Assembly (NCBI GenBank): GCA_024679065.1
Contig: JAGIQG010000008.1
Span: 48,360,001 to 48,424,000, forward strand
DNA length: 64,000 nt
Direction of reading: 5' to 3'
Origin: Sphyrna mokarran
Taxonomy: Eukaryota
The position numbers were made by a program, and so were the translations under genes. How positions within the stretch are numbered: position 1 is the first letter of the stretch; the number at the start of each line of letters is the position of its first letter. Below are positions 24,919 to 36,200 of the stretch, piece by piece. The notes below the pieces were generated by a model, which made no database searches, had not been told where the DNA came from, and worked only from the letters and a program-made list of their open reading frames with translations.

Positions 24919-25269
24919 GCTGTATATAGAAATTACCTTGAGACAGAAGTAGTACAAAGAACTAGTTTTATTTTCACTGAGGAGATACAGAATAGTTAAA
25001 TTCTCTCTCTCTCTCTCCAGTCTTGCAAATGTTCTAGCTATTGGAAAATCTAGGTGTGACACTCCTTTAAACTGGATTGAACAGGGATTTAATATCATTT
25101 TAGGGCTCTGCTCCTTCCTGCTTTTAAATGTGGGAAAAGAGTGTTTCAGCAAGTGCATGATAATGCTGATTCAGAGAGAGGTGTCCTCGATCAGCCAGCA
25201 TCGATACCATTTTACCACCTAAGCATTTGCCTTCCGCAGATCTCAAGATTCATTCAACGTATCTTGGCT

Positions 25270-25500
25270 TTGATCGCAGTCTAATCATTGACTGTTCTCT
25301 GACCTGCGGAGGGCATTTGACACGGTTTGCCATAAATTACTAGTCAAAGAGTTTAAATTGTTTGCTTTCAGAGACTGAGACAATTTCCTGGTGTTAATCA
25401 ACTCAGAGTAAGTTGTAAATGATGCATTATCAGCTCTTTTTGCAACATTGCTTAGTGCTATCCAAAGCTTAGATTTTGCCCCTCTGTTATTCAAGAACTC
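25270..25500 (+). pseudogene. Old LINE RT fossil
   Basis: FSDLRRAFDTVCHKLLVKEF, then VVNDALS and SAIQSLDFAPLLF (cf. GVPQGSILGPLLF). Confidence 0.6.
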
Positions 25501-25539
25501 TGCACATCACCTGCTGTTTTCTTCAGAGTTTATGGTAAG

Positions 25540-26285
25540 TTTTTCTTTATTTTCCATGGGACGTGGATGTTGCTGGCAGGACCAACATTTGTTGCCCATC
25601 CCTAATTGCCCCTTTAACTTGGGATGGCATGGTGGCACAGTGGTTAGCACTGCTGCCTCACACTAGCAGGGACCTGGATTCAATCCCCGGCTTGGGCACT
25701 GTTTGTGTGGAGTTTGCATGTTGCTCCATACCTGCGTTGGTTTCCTCTGGGTGCTCCAGTTTCCTCCCACAACCTGAAAGACGTGCTGATTAGGTGCATT
25801 GGCCATGCTAAATTCTCCCTCAGTGTACCCGAACAGGGATTTTCACAGTAACTTTGTTGAAGTGTTAATTGCAGTAAGCCTACTTGTGACACTACTAAAT
25901 AAATTTTAAACTTTAAATTGAGTGTCTTGCCCGGCCATTTCAAAGGGCAGTTAAGAGTCATCCACAATTCTGTGGATCTGGATTCTCATGTAGGCCAGAC
26001 CTGGTAAGGATGGAAGATTTCCTTCACTAAAAAACATCAGGGTAGAATTTTCCCGTCCTGACCATCATGGAATTGTAGTAGATGAGATTTTCTGACCTTG
26101 GGGCGAATTCAACCAGAAAATCCCATCCATTAGTGAAGCAGATGGGTTTTCAATGGATGATAATTTCATGGTCACCATTACTGAGACCAGCCATTTTATA
26201 TTCCAGATTTATTGGTTGTTACCAAGATGGAACTTAAACTTGTGTCCCCAGTACGTTAGGGTTATTGTCCTGTGATGCCACCATT
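25540..26285 (-). mobile_element. SINE family B interrupted by a V-SINE and a small MITE
   Basis: Tail at 25540-25615; the body resumes at ~25915. Confidence 0.7.
25621..25905 (+). mobile_element. V-SINE with alternative tail
   Basis: A-box TGGCACAGTGG, B-box GGATTCAATCCC, V domain, tail TTTTCACAGTAAC..CTTGTGACACTACTAAATAAA; flanked by CTTTAA repeats. Confidence 0.88.
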
Positions 26286-26632
26286 CACCTTTATTTTATG
26301 TATCTTGCTGAAATTGCCAATTTTTACCCAAGTTATTGATTTTTCACCATCACTTGAATTGCACACAATTCCGGAGAGGTCACACAGATCCCAAATTAGA
26401 TTGATAAAGATCATATCATCTTTTGGAATAGGATGGCGTTCAGTTAACTATCTACAAAAGAACTAGGGCACGTTATATCATTAACGAGCAGTTCTGATAC
26501 TGGGGCCGCTTAAAGATTTCTGAGCACCTTAAAGTGGCAGGAATATAAATGTGCACCAGCAATATTCTGCATGCCATTTGAAACGATAATGAGCGATGCA
26601 ATATCTCAGTAATGTTGACCAAGATTGTTGTG

Positions 26633-26845
26633 AAAACCCACCTCCTTCACTAATGTCCTTTAGGGAAAGAAATCTGCCATCCTGACCCAGTCTGGCCTAC
26701 AAGTAAGTCCAATTGTGTTGACTCTTAACTGCGCTTTCAAGTGGTCTGGCAAGACACTCAGTTCGAAGGGGGCTTTCAGGAATGGGCAACGTGTGCTGGC
26801 ACTGCCAGGGATGACCACATCCCATGGGAGAATAAAGAGAAACAA
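26633..26845 (+). mobile_element. SINE family B, 3' half
   Basis: CACTAATGTCCTTTAGGGAAAGAAATCTGCCATCC..CACATCCCATG. Confidence 0.75.
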
Positions 26846-26884
26846 ATCCTAAATACTTTACAGAACACCAGCAGGCAATGTGAC

Positions 26885-28915
26885 TAGTGTGAGCAGTGTA
26901 CGGCTGGTGGGGGGCGCAATGGGTAAGAGCAGTGTCAGGATGGGGGAGTGAGGAAGTGGAAGCAGTGTTGGTGCAGAGGGTGAGGAGATGTGAACAGTAC
27001 TGGGGGAATGGGGATGAGGGGATGTGATCAGTGTCGGGGGTAGGGGTGAGGGGGTATAAATAGTGTTGTGGGGGTTGGGTGAGGTGGAGCTGGAAGCAGC
27101 ATTGGGGGGTGTGGGTGTGGGGATGGATCTGTGTCGGGGTGATGGAAAGAGGGTGTGAGCAGTGTTGGGATTGGGGGTGAGGTGGGTGTGAGCAATGTCA
27201 GGGTGTGTGGGTGAGGGGATGTGATCAGCATCAGAGTGGGAGAGGGAGGTTTGAGCAGTGTCGGCATGGGGTATGAGGGTGTCTGAGCAGCGTCGGGGAT
27301 GGGGCGAGGGGGTGTGAGCAGTATCGAGGGGTGGAAGTGAGGGTGTGTGAGCAGTGTCGGATGTTGGCGTGAGGAGGTGTGAGCAGTTTTGGGAGGGTGG
27401 GCATGAGGGAGTGTGAGCAGTGTCAGGGAGTACAGGTGAGGGGGTGTGAGCAGTGTCAGGGGGTGGGGGTGAAGGGGTGTGAGCAGTGTCGGGGGGTGGG
27501 GTGAAGGGGTGTGAGCAGTGTCAGGGAGTACAGGTGAGGGGGTGTGAGCAGTGTCGGCGGGTGGGGGTGTGTAGTGCCGGGTGGGGGTGAAGTGTGAGTA
27601 GTGGCAGGGGATGGGTTGAGGGGTGAGCAGTGTTAGGGGTGGGGATGAGGGGTGAGCCGTCGGGGGGTGGGGGTGAAGGGGTGTGAGCAGTGTCGGGGGG
27701 TGGGGGTGAGGGGTGTGAGTAGTATCAGGGGGTGGGGGGTGAAGGGGTGTGAGCAGTGTCGGGGGGTGGGGATGAGGGTATGTGAGCCGTGTCGGGGGTG
27801 GGGGTGAAGGGGTGTGAGTAGTGTCGGGGGGTGGGGGTGAAGGGTGTGAGTAGTGTCAGGGGGTGGGGGTGAAGGGGTGTGAGTAGTATCAGGGGGTGGG
27901 GGTGAAGGGGTGTGAGTAGTATCAGGGGGTGGGGGTGAAGGAGTGTGAGTAGTGTCAGGGGGTGGGGGTGAAGGGGTGTGAGCAGTGTCGGGGGGTGGGG
28001 GTGAAGGGGTGTGAGTAGTGGCAGGGGGTGGGGGTGAAGGAGTGTGAGTAGTATCAGGGGGTGGGGTGAAGGGGTGTGAGTAGTGTCAGGGGGTGGGGGT
28101 GAAGGGGTGTGAGTAGTGTCAGGGGGTGGGGGTGAAGGAGTGTGAGTAGTGGCAGGGGGTGGGGATGAGGGTATGTGAGCCGTGTCGGGGGGTGGGGTGA
28201 AGGGGTGTGAGCCGTGTCGGGGGTGGGGTGAAGGGTGTGAGCAGTGAAGGGTCGTCAGGGGTGGGGGTGAAGGGGTGTGAGTAGTATCAGGGGGTGGGGG
28301 GTGAAGGGGTGTGAGTAGTATCAGGGGGTGGGGGGTGAAGGGGTGTGAGTAGTGTCAGGGGGTGGGGGTGAAGGAGTGTGAGTAGTGGCAGGGGATGGGG
28401 TTGAGGGGGTGTGAGCAGTGTTAGGGGGGGGGATGAGGGTATGTGAGCCGTCTCGGTGGGTGGGGGTGAAGGACTGTGAGCAGTGTCGGGGGGTGGGAGT
28501 GAAGGGGTGTGAGCAGTGTCGGGGGGTGGGGGTGAAGGGGTGAGTAGTATCAGGGGGTGGGGGTGAAGGGGTGTGAGTAGTATCAGGGGGTGGGGGAGAG
28601 GGGGTGTGAGCAGTGTCGGGGGTGGGGGAGAGGGGGTGTGAGCAGTGTCAGGGGGTAGGGATGAGGGTGTGTGAGCCATGTCGGGGGGTGGGGGTGAGGG
28701 TGTGTGAACCATGTCGGGGGTGGGGGTGAAGGGGTGTGAGCAGTGTTGGGGTGGGGATGAGGAAATGTGAGCAGTGTCTTGGGGTGGGGGTGAGAGTGTG
28801 TGAGCAGTGTGAGGGGTGTGGGGGTGAGGGGGTGTGAGCAGTGTCTTGGGGTGGGGGTTGAGCAGTGTCAGGTGGGGGTGAGGGGGTGTGAGCAGTGTCA
28901 GGGTGTGTGGAGGGA
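26885..28915. repeat. ~2-kb G-rich minisatellite, ~30-32-bp unit
   Basis: Tandem GGGGGTGGGGGTGAAGGGGTGTGAG(C/T)AGTGTC; homogeneous centre and degenerate edges. Confidence 0.95.
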
Positions 28916-28965
28916 CGAAATGTGGAACATTACCGGAGTGTGGGCGGGGTGGGGTTGGTTGAGGG

Positions 28966-29277
28966 TGGGCAGCACGGTGACACAGTGGTTAGAAATTCTG
29001 CCTCATTATGCCAAGGACGCTGGTTCAATTCCAGCCTCAGGTGACTGTGTGGAGTTTGCGCATTTCCTCTGTGTCTATGTGGGTGGGTTTCCTCCGGGTG
29101 CTCCGGTTTCCTCCCTGTCCTAAAGACATGCTGGTTAAATTGCCCCTTAGTATGTCAAGATTAGGGAGATTAGCAGAGCAAAGATGTTGAGTTACGGGAT
29201 CAGGTTTGGGTGGGACTATTGTCAGTGCAGACTCAATGGGCCAAATGGCCTCCTTCTGCACTTTAGGGATTCTATGG
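28966..29277 (+). mobile_element. HE1-like V-SINE with CR1-type tail
   Basis: GGGCAGCACGGTG head, GGTTCAATTCC B-box, tail GCAGACTCAATGGGCCAAATGGCC..GATTCTATG. Confidence 0.85.
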
Positions 29278-30660
29278 TTTATTTGCTCAGGATTAAGTTT
29301 TGAACTATTAATAAGGCTTCGCGTTACAGCTCTCACACTTGACAGCTGTAATGAACAGTGGTAGAATAGAGGGATAAACTTCTGGGTAAGTTCAGAACAT
29401 CAAGCCCAGCTCCCTAAGGTCAGTGTAGGTGTCATTCTTGGAGGTACTGTGGAACATAAACCTACCCACTGGAGATTTAAACTTTTCGGTTAAGGCCCTG
29501 CATGTGTGAGGTTGGGGCCTCCTCAAGATCCTGACATGCCGAAGTGGTAAACTGCTCAACATTCAGTGCTGTTGTACCCCCAGGTTCTGGGCCATTTTGT
29601 TTCAGTGTTTTTCCTTTCTCATAATGAATGTCAGTGAAGGTCATCTAGCCTGGTACATCATTGCTGCTTCATGCTGTTAACTCCCTGTGTAGAATGCTGC
29701 AATTCATTGCAAGATGACTCCTAAACTGATAAGAGTTGAAATTCCTGCTGGAGAAAGCTGCTAAGAAGATGCTAGATAAATGCAAATTCTTATAGACTGG
29801 GGCCAGGGGCAGTTGGGTTGTGTTAGCAGTTCATTTGTGTCTTCTGACGAATGAACAGTAATTATTCAGAATAAAGAGTCAATGCATAGACATAATGATG
29901 TGCTAAACTATATACTTAAAGGATGTTTATATGTATTGTCATTGATTTAACAGCACTGTTCCCATAGAAATGAGCTGGAGTTATCAATATAAACATGAGA
30001 CAATCATTGTAAAATAATCAAATAGCAAGACCTCCTTTCACTTAAATATTGTACCAAATATAGAGATTGACCTTGTTCCCTTGCTTATTAAGTTCTTATC
30101 TATATTATACTCGTTTAACAAGGCTTTAAAATGGAAATAAATATTGTTTTAATGCAATTTTCCTGCATTTCTTAAAAACAGTGTCTCGCACTGTACTGGT
30201 TAATCTCTCCTTGGGATCAACTCCTTTTTGATGTTTGGCTGGTTGTAAAATATTTTTTTGAAACTAAATTGAAACGTGCAAGCAGCATGCCTGCAATTAG
30301 TGTCTCCCGCATGCTTGCTTAGTCAAAGCAAGCTTTTAAATCCCCACAGATCAGACAGATCTTTCAAATTTTCAATAACAAGGCTGCTTTGTACAGCACG
30401 CTGGCACATTCGGAGGATCTCAGTAAACAAAGCTGCACAAGCTGTTCAAAACCCATGGTCCAAACGGTGTTGGGAAAGGGAAGTAAGAACTTGCAGCTGG
30501 GTTTTGCTGTGATCTTTCAGCTTACCTCTGACATGTTCTGGATGACTCAATTCATATTCCTGCAATTGTTGAACCAGTAAAATAAAAAGTTGTAACAAAC
30601 TGCCCTGTTCACATTTCATCGTCCTGATAACGGGAAAGACATTTTCAAAGAACCCTCTGT

Positions 30661-30905
30661 ATAGAATCCCTACAAGGCAGAAAGAGGCCATTCAGCCCAT
30701 CGAGCCTTCACTGACAACAATCCCACCCAAGCCCTATCCATGTAACCTCAAGAATTTACCCTTCTAATCCCCTGACACTAAGTGACACTAAAGCATGGCC
30801 AATCCACCTAACCTGCACATCTTTGGACTATGGGAGGAAACTGGAGCATGTGGAGGAAACCCAAATAGACATGAGGAGAACATATAAACTCTTCACAAAA
30901 AGTGA
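30661..30905 (-). mobile_element. HE1-like V-SINE, headless
   Basis: CR1-type tail and V domain. Confidence 0.8.
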
Positions 30906-30959
30906 CTAATTACTAATCTGTGAACAATCTGTGCTGGTATGCGTGCTATTGGAGACCAT

Positions 30960-31058
30960 AACACCTCATTCATCTAACGAAGGCCATAGAGTCGAAAGCT
31001 TGCGAGCTTACTATCAAATAAATCAGTTGGATTTAAAACTGGTGTGGTCAGACTTTTT
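30960..31058 (+). mobile_element. Penelope-like element end with degenerate hammerhead motif
   Basis: CTAACGAAGG..TCGAAAGCTT..CAAATAAATCAGTTGGATTTAAAACTGGTGTGGT; homologous to 24145-24237. Confidence 0.55.
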
Positions 31059-31292
31059 ACTGTGTATGGAGTTTGCACATTCTCCCTGTGTTCCGGTGAT
31101 CCGGTTTCCTCACACTGTCCAAAGGTGCGCAGGTTAGGTGGATTAGCCATGCTAAATTGTCCCTTAGTGTCAGGGTGACTAACTAGGGTAAATACATGGG
31201 GTTATGGGGATAGGGCCTGGATGGGATTTTGGTCAGTGCAGACTTGATGTGCCAAGTGGCCTGTTTCTGTACTTTTGGATTCTATGTCTATG
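31059..31292 (+). mobile_element. HE1-like V-SINE, headless
   Basis: V domain and CR1-type tail ending (TCTATG)n. Confidence 0.8.
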
Positions 31293-31294
31293 TC

Positions 31295-32030
31295 TATATA
31301 GCACCTTTTGCAACCTCACAATTTTCTGAAGCACCTTACAGCCACTGAAGTACTTTCAAAGTGCTGTGTTTTAGCAATTGCAGGAGGCAATTTGTTCACA
31401 GCCCTGTCCAGCAAGCAACAAGGTGAAACTATCAGCTAATCTGGTTACTGTGTGTTGGTTGAGGAATGAATATTGGTCAGGAAAGAAGGATGAACTTGTT
31501 CCCTGGGTGGCCACCAAACAGGTTGGAACGGTGGTACAGTGCCTCACAACATCAGGATCCTGGGTTCAATACTGGCCGCACGTGACTGTCCATGCAGAAT
31601 CTGCTTGTTCTCCCCATGTTCTGCGTAGATTTCTTCGGGGACTGCAGTTTCCTCCCACAAGACAGGGGATTGGCCATGCTAAATTGCTCCTTGTTTGTAA
31701 AGATTGTAGGTTAGTGGGATAAATTTGTGGGGTTACAGGGATAGGGCCTGAGTAAGATTCTCTGCTGGAAACTTGGTGCAGACTTAATGGGCTGAATGTT
31801 CTTTTCTAAAACTGTAGGGATTCTATGATTCCAGAGTCATGGGATTTTTACTTCCCCCCCAAAAGAGCAGACTGGGCCTCAGTTTCATACCTCACCTAAT
31901 GTACGGCACTCCCACTAACAGTGCAGCACTATCTTAATATGGAATGGGAACGTCAGCCTGGATTATGTGCTCAAGTTTTTGCAGAGGGATTTTGACTACC
32001 TGAATCTCAGGCCCAACCAGTGGAATGTTA
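31295..32030 (-). mobile_element. Deu-domain SINE (SacSINE1/AmnSINE1-like) split by an HE1-like SINE at ~31520-31830
   Basis: CATGGGATTTTTAC, CAGTGCAGCACT, GTCAGCCTGGATTATGTGCTCAAGT and TGTTGGTTGAGGAATGAATATTGG match the reverse strand of the Deu-SINE body as I recall it. Confidence 0.65.
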
Positions 32031-32504
32031 ACAAATCCCTGCTGAGGAACTATTAATCGCTGCAACACTTGTGGCTGCAGCCAGCAGTATCAGCTTTGGC
32101 TGTCATTTAAAGCTCTTCCTGATAACTTCTCCACTCAGTCTGTGCCCTTCCGATGACTCATGCTACTTGAATACGAATGGGGTTAATCCAGTGAATCTCT
32201 GCTGGCTCTGTGTAGCTCCGCAAACATTAGTCACAAACTAAACTGACTGTCAACCTAAATATCCCAAAAACTGGATGTGGGGGCTGGTTGTTCACAGTGA
32301 CTGATTTTGAAAGCGCTGTGAAGTGGAATCCAGCTTCTCTTGTCTCTGGATGTTGTAGGAACATTCAGTCTCCTTGTCCAGCACTAACAATTACTCACTC
32401 TGCCTTAAAACTTCATGTTTCTAAAAATCACTCCTCGGAGATCTATTTGCTGCCACAGATTCAAGCTCAAGTAGGATCAGCTTCTTGTCCAGCAAACAAC
32501 TAAT

Positions 32505-32800
32505 AAAGTTTATTAGTCACAAGTAGCCTTACATTATCACTGCAATGAAGTTATTGTGAAAATTCCCTCACTGACATGCTCTGGTGCCTATTCAGGTACA
32601 CTGAGGGAGAATTTTGCATGGCCAATGAACTATCCAGCACATCTTTCAATTGTGGGAAGAAACTGGACCATTGGGAGGAAATCCCCACAAACATAGGGAG
32701 AATGTGCAGACTCCACACAGACAGTGATCCAAGCTAGGAATCGAACCTGAGTCCCTGGCGCTGTGAAGCAACAATGCTAACCACCGTGCCACTGTGCCAC
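32505..32800 (-). mobile_element. V-SINE with alternative tail
   Basis: Same organisation as 24630-24918. Confidence 0.85.
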
Positions 32801-32924
32801 CCCCAACAATCCAGCCACTCATCTGCTGGTGTACAAATTCAGAAGAAAATATTCTCAGATGCCTCACTGGGTAAGCTATATTTGTTACTGAATGGCCTTA
32901 ATATAGATAACTTAATGACCAATG

Positions 32925-33360
32925 TTTCTTCAAAGTCACTCGTAATTAATTGTAGCTGCCCTTGTTCTTCTAGCTGTTAGTGGTCATGGGTTTGGAAAGT
33001 GCTGTCTAAGGAGGCTTGGTGAATTGCTGCAGTGCATCTTGTAGATGATACACACGGCTGCTACTGAGCATCAGTAATGGAGGGAATGAATGTTTGTGAA
33101 TGGGCTGCTACTCAAGTGGGCTGCTTTGTTTTGGATGGTGTTAAGCTTCTTGAATGTTGTTGGAGCCGCACACAATCAGGCGAGTGGAGATTATTTCATC
33201 ACATCTTGACTTGTGCCTTGTAATGATGGACAGGGTTTGGGGATTCAGGGGGTGAATTACTTGCAGCAGATTCCCAGATGCTGCTTTAGCCACAATATTT
33301 ATATGACTAGTCCAGTTTAGTTTCTGGTCAATGGTAACTTTCATGTTGATAGCCATTAAA
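32925..33360 (-). mobile_element. Fragment of the 4975-6170 type LINE
   Basis: Reverse complement of the 5530-5880 region (GACTTGTGCCTTG, GGATGGTGTTAAGCTTCTTG). Confidence 0.75.
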
Positions 33361-34434
33361 AGATACCATGGTAAAGGTGCCAGCAGGTATCGTATTAGTT
33401 GACACAAAGCAAGTGGTCTCGGTTTGATTCTTGGGCTATGATGGAAAGAGTTACTCAGCTGACATTACCATTGCCATTGATTTTGAGGAGATGAAGCAGG
33501 ACCACTCCTTCTCCAGCTAACAGTCCAATGAGCCCTGCTGTAGTGTGTATTTTGAATAACAGTATGCTTAAGATGCCTTTCGTAGTCCTTCTTTTGCCAA
33601 CGTTCACCACCGGGCTTCTGTTATGATCCCTGTAGAAACTGATAACATTTTCAATAAAGGAATTTCTATTACATTTACTGAAAGAAAACTAATGCAAAGA
33701 TTTCACTTTTGAAAACTTTTACTGTCGCAAACTAATTAAAATTGACATAATTCAAGCATTAATTAAAAGACAAAGAATATTTCAAAAAAGAAGCTAAATT
33801 TTATTTCAAACAGTTCCACAACAAGAAATCTGCTTCATGTTGTTTCAAGCATTCATATTACTTCTCCAACAAAGTTGACATCAAGTGCAATTTTACAACC
33901 TTTCCAGCTCAGCCTCTTGTATGTAGATCTCTCACTTCTCACTCAAAGGATTTGGCCCTTGAGTCATTTTCACCAGCGACCTTAGGTTTATGACAATCTT
34001 ACTGACACAAAATCCTCAGAAACTCCTTTCTCTGATCCCTTTAAACAGTTTGGTTAGGTCTGGTGAAACTGGAATAATAGGAAGAGTGTTCTTGTCCAAT
34101 CTGCAATCCAAGTTCTCCCTTCCTTAGCTCTCTGATCTTTTCAATTGTGTAACTCACCCACACAGTAACAGTGTTCCTGCTCTATTCTCAGAATCCTCTC
34201 CCTGCTTTTTGCCAAGATCTGTTCTGAACTGCCAGTTCTGAGATCAACTGAAATTCAATCTCCAATTAGCTGTCAATTTACTTCTTGTCTTTTAGCTTTC
34301 ATCGCCATAGCAATCTTGAATCATGTGCGCATTTCTTAGAAGTCAAATGATCTCCAGAAATGATATATCCAGAAAAACTAACCTGAACTCTTTCCTGAAT
34401 AGCTTCATTTCACTCTGTTCTTTGAGAGTAAAGT

Positions 34435-34790
34435 TGTAGTGTAATGGTAATGCCATTGGGCTAGTAAACTAACAGCCCAAGTTAATTCTCTAGATATATG
34501 GATTCAAATCCCACTACAGCAGCTGGTGAAATCTAAATTCAATTCATAAAATCTGGAACTGTTGGGTGGAATTGTGGTACAATGGTAGTAAGTCTGATTC
34601 CAGATCAGAAGATTGTGTGTTCAAATCCATGGAGGTTTTCTGCTGCTCTAGTTCCTGGATTTTAATTCCTGTGGTGGCTTAGTGATATTGTCAATGGATG
34701 ACCAGCTCAGAGACCCAGGGGCTTGCTGTAGGGATCGGGATTCAAATCCCACCATGGCAAATGGTGCAATCTGAATTCCATAAAAAATTT
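34435..34790 (+). mobile_element. Two SINE family B heads flanking a tRNA pseudogene
   Basis: B-box GGATTCAAATCCCAC at ~34500 and ~34738, each followed by the family-B GAATTC/AAATTC segment. Confidence 0.6.
34568..34638 (+). pseudogene. tRNA-Trp(CCA) pseudogene
   Basis: GTGGTACAATGGTAGTAAGTCTGATTCCAGATCAGAAGATTGTGTGTTCAAATC aligns to vertebrate tRNA-Trp (GTGGCGCAACGGTAGCGCGTCTGACTCCAGATCAGAAGGTTGCGTGTTCAAATC), mostly with CpG-type decay. CCA anticodon at 34600-34602; acceptor stem broken. Confidence 0.75.
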
Positions 34791-35333
34791 TGGTTTTATA
34801 GGGACCAAGTGGTGAGAAAACAAAGTTTTTTTTTCCTAAAGGACAAGTGTCATCACATTCTCAGTTCTAATAAAGCTTTTAAGAAACAGACTTTCTGGAG
34901 GCTTGAGAAATATTTTGTGCATCATAATGTAGAATGGTATAAAATCAGTGAATGACAAATATTTCCCGATTTATTACTTTCAGATGTGGCTTTGGATTGC
35001 GATGTCAAAGAAACTTTTCTCAAGCAGTTGACATCTTTCCAAGAGAAAGGAGGACATTCAGGGGACAAGAAAAATCCTGTCTTACAGGAGTTTTTTTTAT
35101 GTGCATGATACTACGCCCATGGGTTTTCTGTAAAATGGTAATGATCCACTCACTTTCAGACTAAAATTAGCCAACTATTGGTGCACAAAATGTTGATAAA
35201 GTTAATTTTAAACTACAAAGGGAATTTGAAGGATTGATGATTCAGGGAAGAGAGGTGCTTATGGCAGATATTATTTATGGCCCTCAAGAAAATGCCAACA
35301 ATATATTCAAGATTATTACAAACTCTTGAACCA

Positions 35334-35802
35334 CCTCCCTAGATTTTCTGTTCTACATATTCACCTCGAAATGTCTGTACATGTGCCATTTTTAAAAATT
35401 TTAGCCCATGTCCCCTGTAGTGCCCAACAAATATAGGGTTAATGTTCGATCATGTACAGTCCGATGGTAGGATATTGCTAACAGATCAATAGATCTTCAT
35501 AGTCTTATATAGATTAACTGTAAGTTTTTATTGATTCTTAGAACCATTACAAATATACAGTAAAGGGTGCATACTAAGAGCTTTCTCCATGCTTGTTGTT
35601 ATACACAGCTCTGTCCAACACTGGACAGACCCTAGGTATGGCTCATGTGCTCTCTTACATCACTGTGTGGGCAGGACTGTATACGGTCGAACAGTAACCT
35701 TATATTTGTTGGGCACTACAGGGAACATGAGCTAAACTTTCAAAAAATGGCAAGTGTACAGACATTACGAGGTGAATGTGTGGAACAGAAAATCTAGGGA
35801 GG
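35334..35802. repeat. Foldback/MITE-like element with ~129-bp inverted arms
   Basis: 35334-35462 is an imperfect reverse complement of 35674-35802. Confidence 0.85.
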
Positions 35803-36200
35803 CAGTGAAAAAGGATAGCATTGATATAAGCTGAATGGGAATTGGAAAACTATTTGAGGGAGTGGGAGTCTGTATTAGGTTTTCGGTCTGAACAGATAGA
35901 TTGCAATTTTTTTTCACCCTGCAATTTAATATGTTCCAAAGTACTTTAGTATTAATAAACTATTGGCTCATGATCTTTCTAAGAATAATATGTTCCAAAT
36001 TTGTGGGAGTCCCTGTGAACCTTAGACATTGCAGCTAATCCCTGGTCTCAGCAATGAAAATCACTAGTAAACTGTATGATGAAGAAGGATCTGTAATCTG
36101 AAGGTGGCATGGTAGCATCATGGTTAACACTGCTGTCTCACAGCACCAGGGATCCAGATTCTATTCTACTGAGCCACTGTCAATGGACTCTGCATGTTCT

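Noticed and set aside
26885-28915. Regularly spaced repeats as a CRISPR array, or ORF 28287-28712 as a Pro-rich protein
   Set aside because: Units are contiguous with no unique spacers, the context is eukaryotic and there are no cas genes; the ORF is a repeat artefact.
33400-33615. Possible LF-SINE-like relic (also ~15790-15900)
   Set aside because: Only short, weak remembered motifs; cannot be supported without a profile search.
33619-34430. Possible solo LTR starting TGTTATGATCCC
   Set aside because: No matching 3' CA end, TSD or second copy could be identified.
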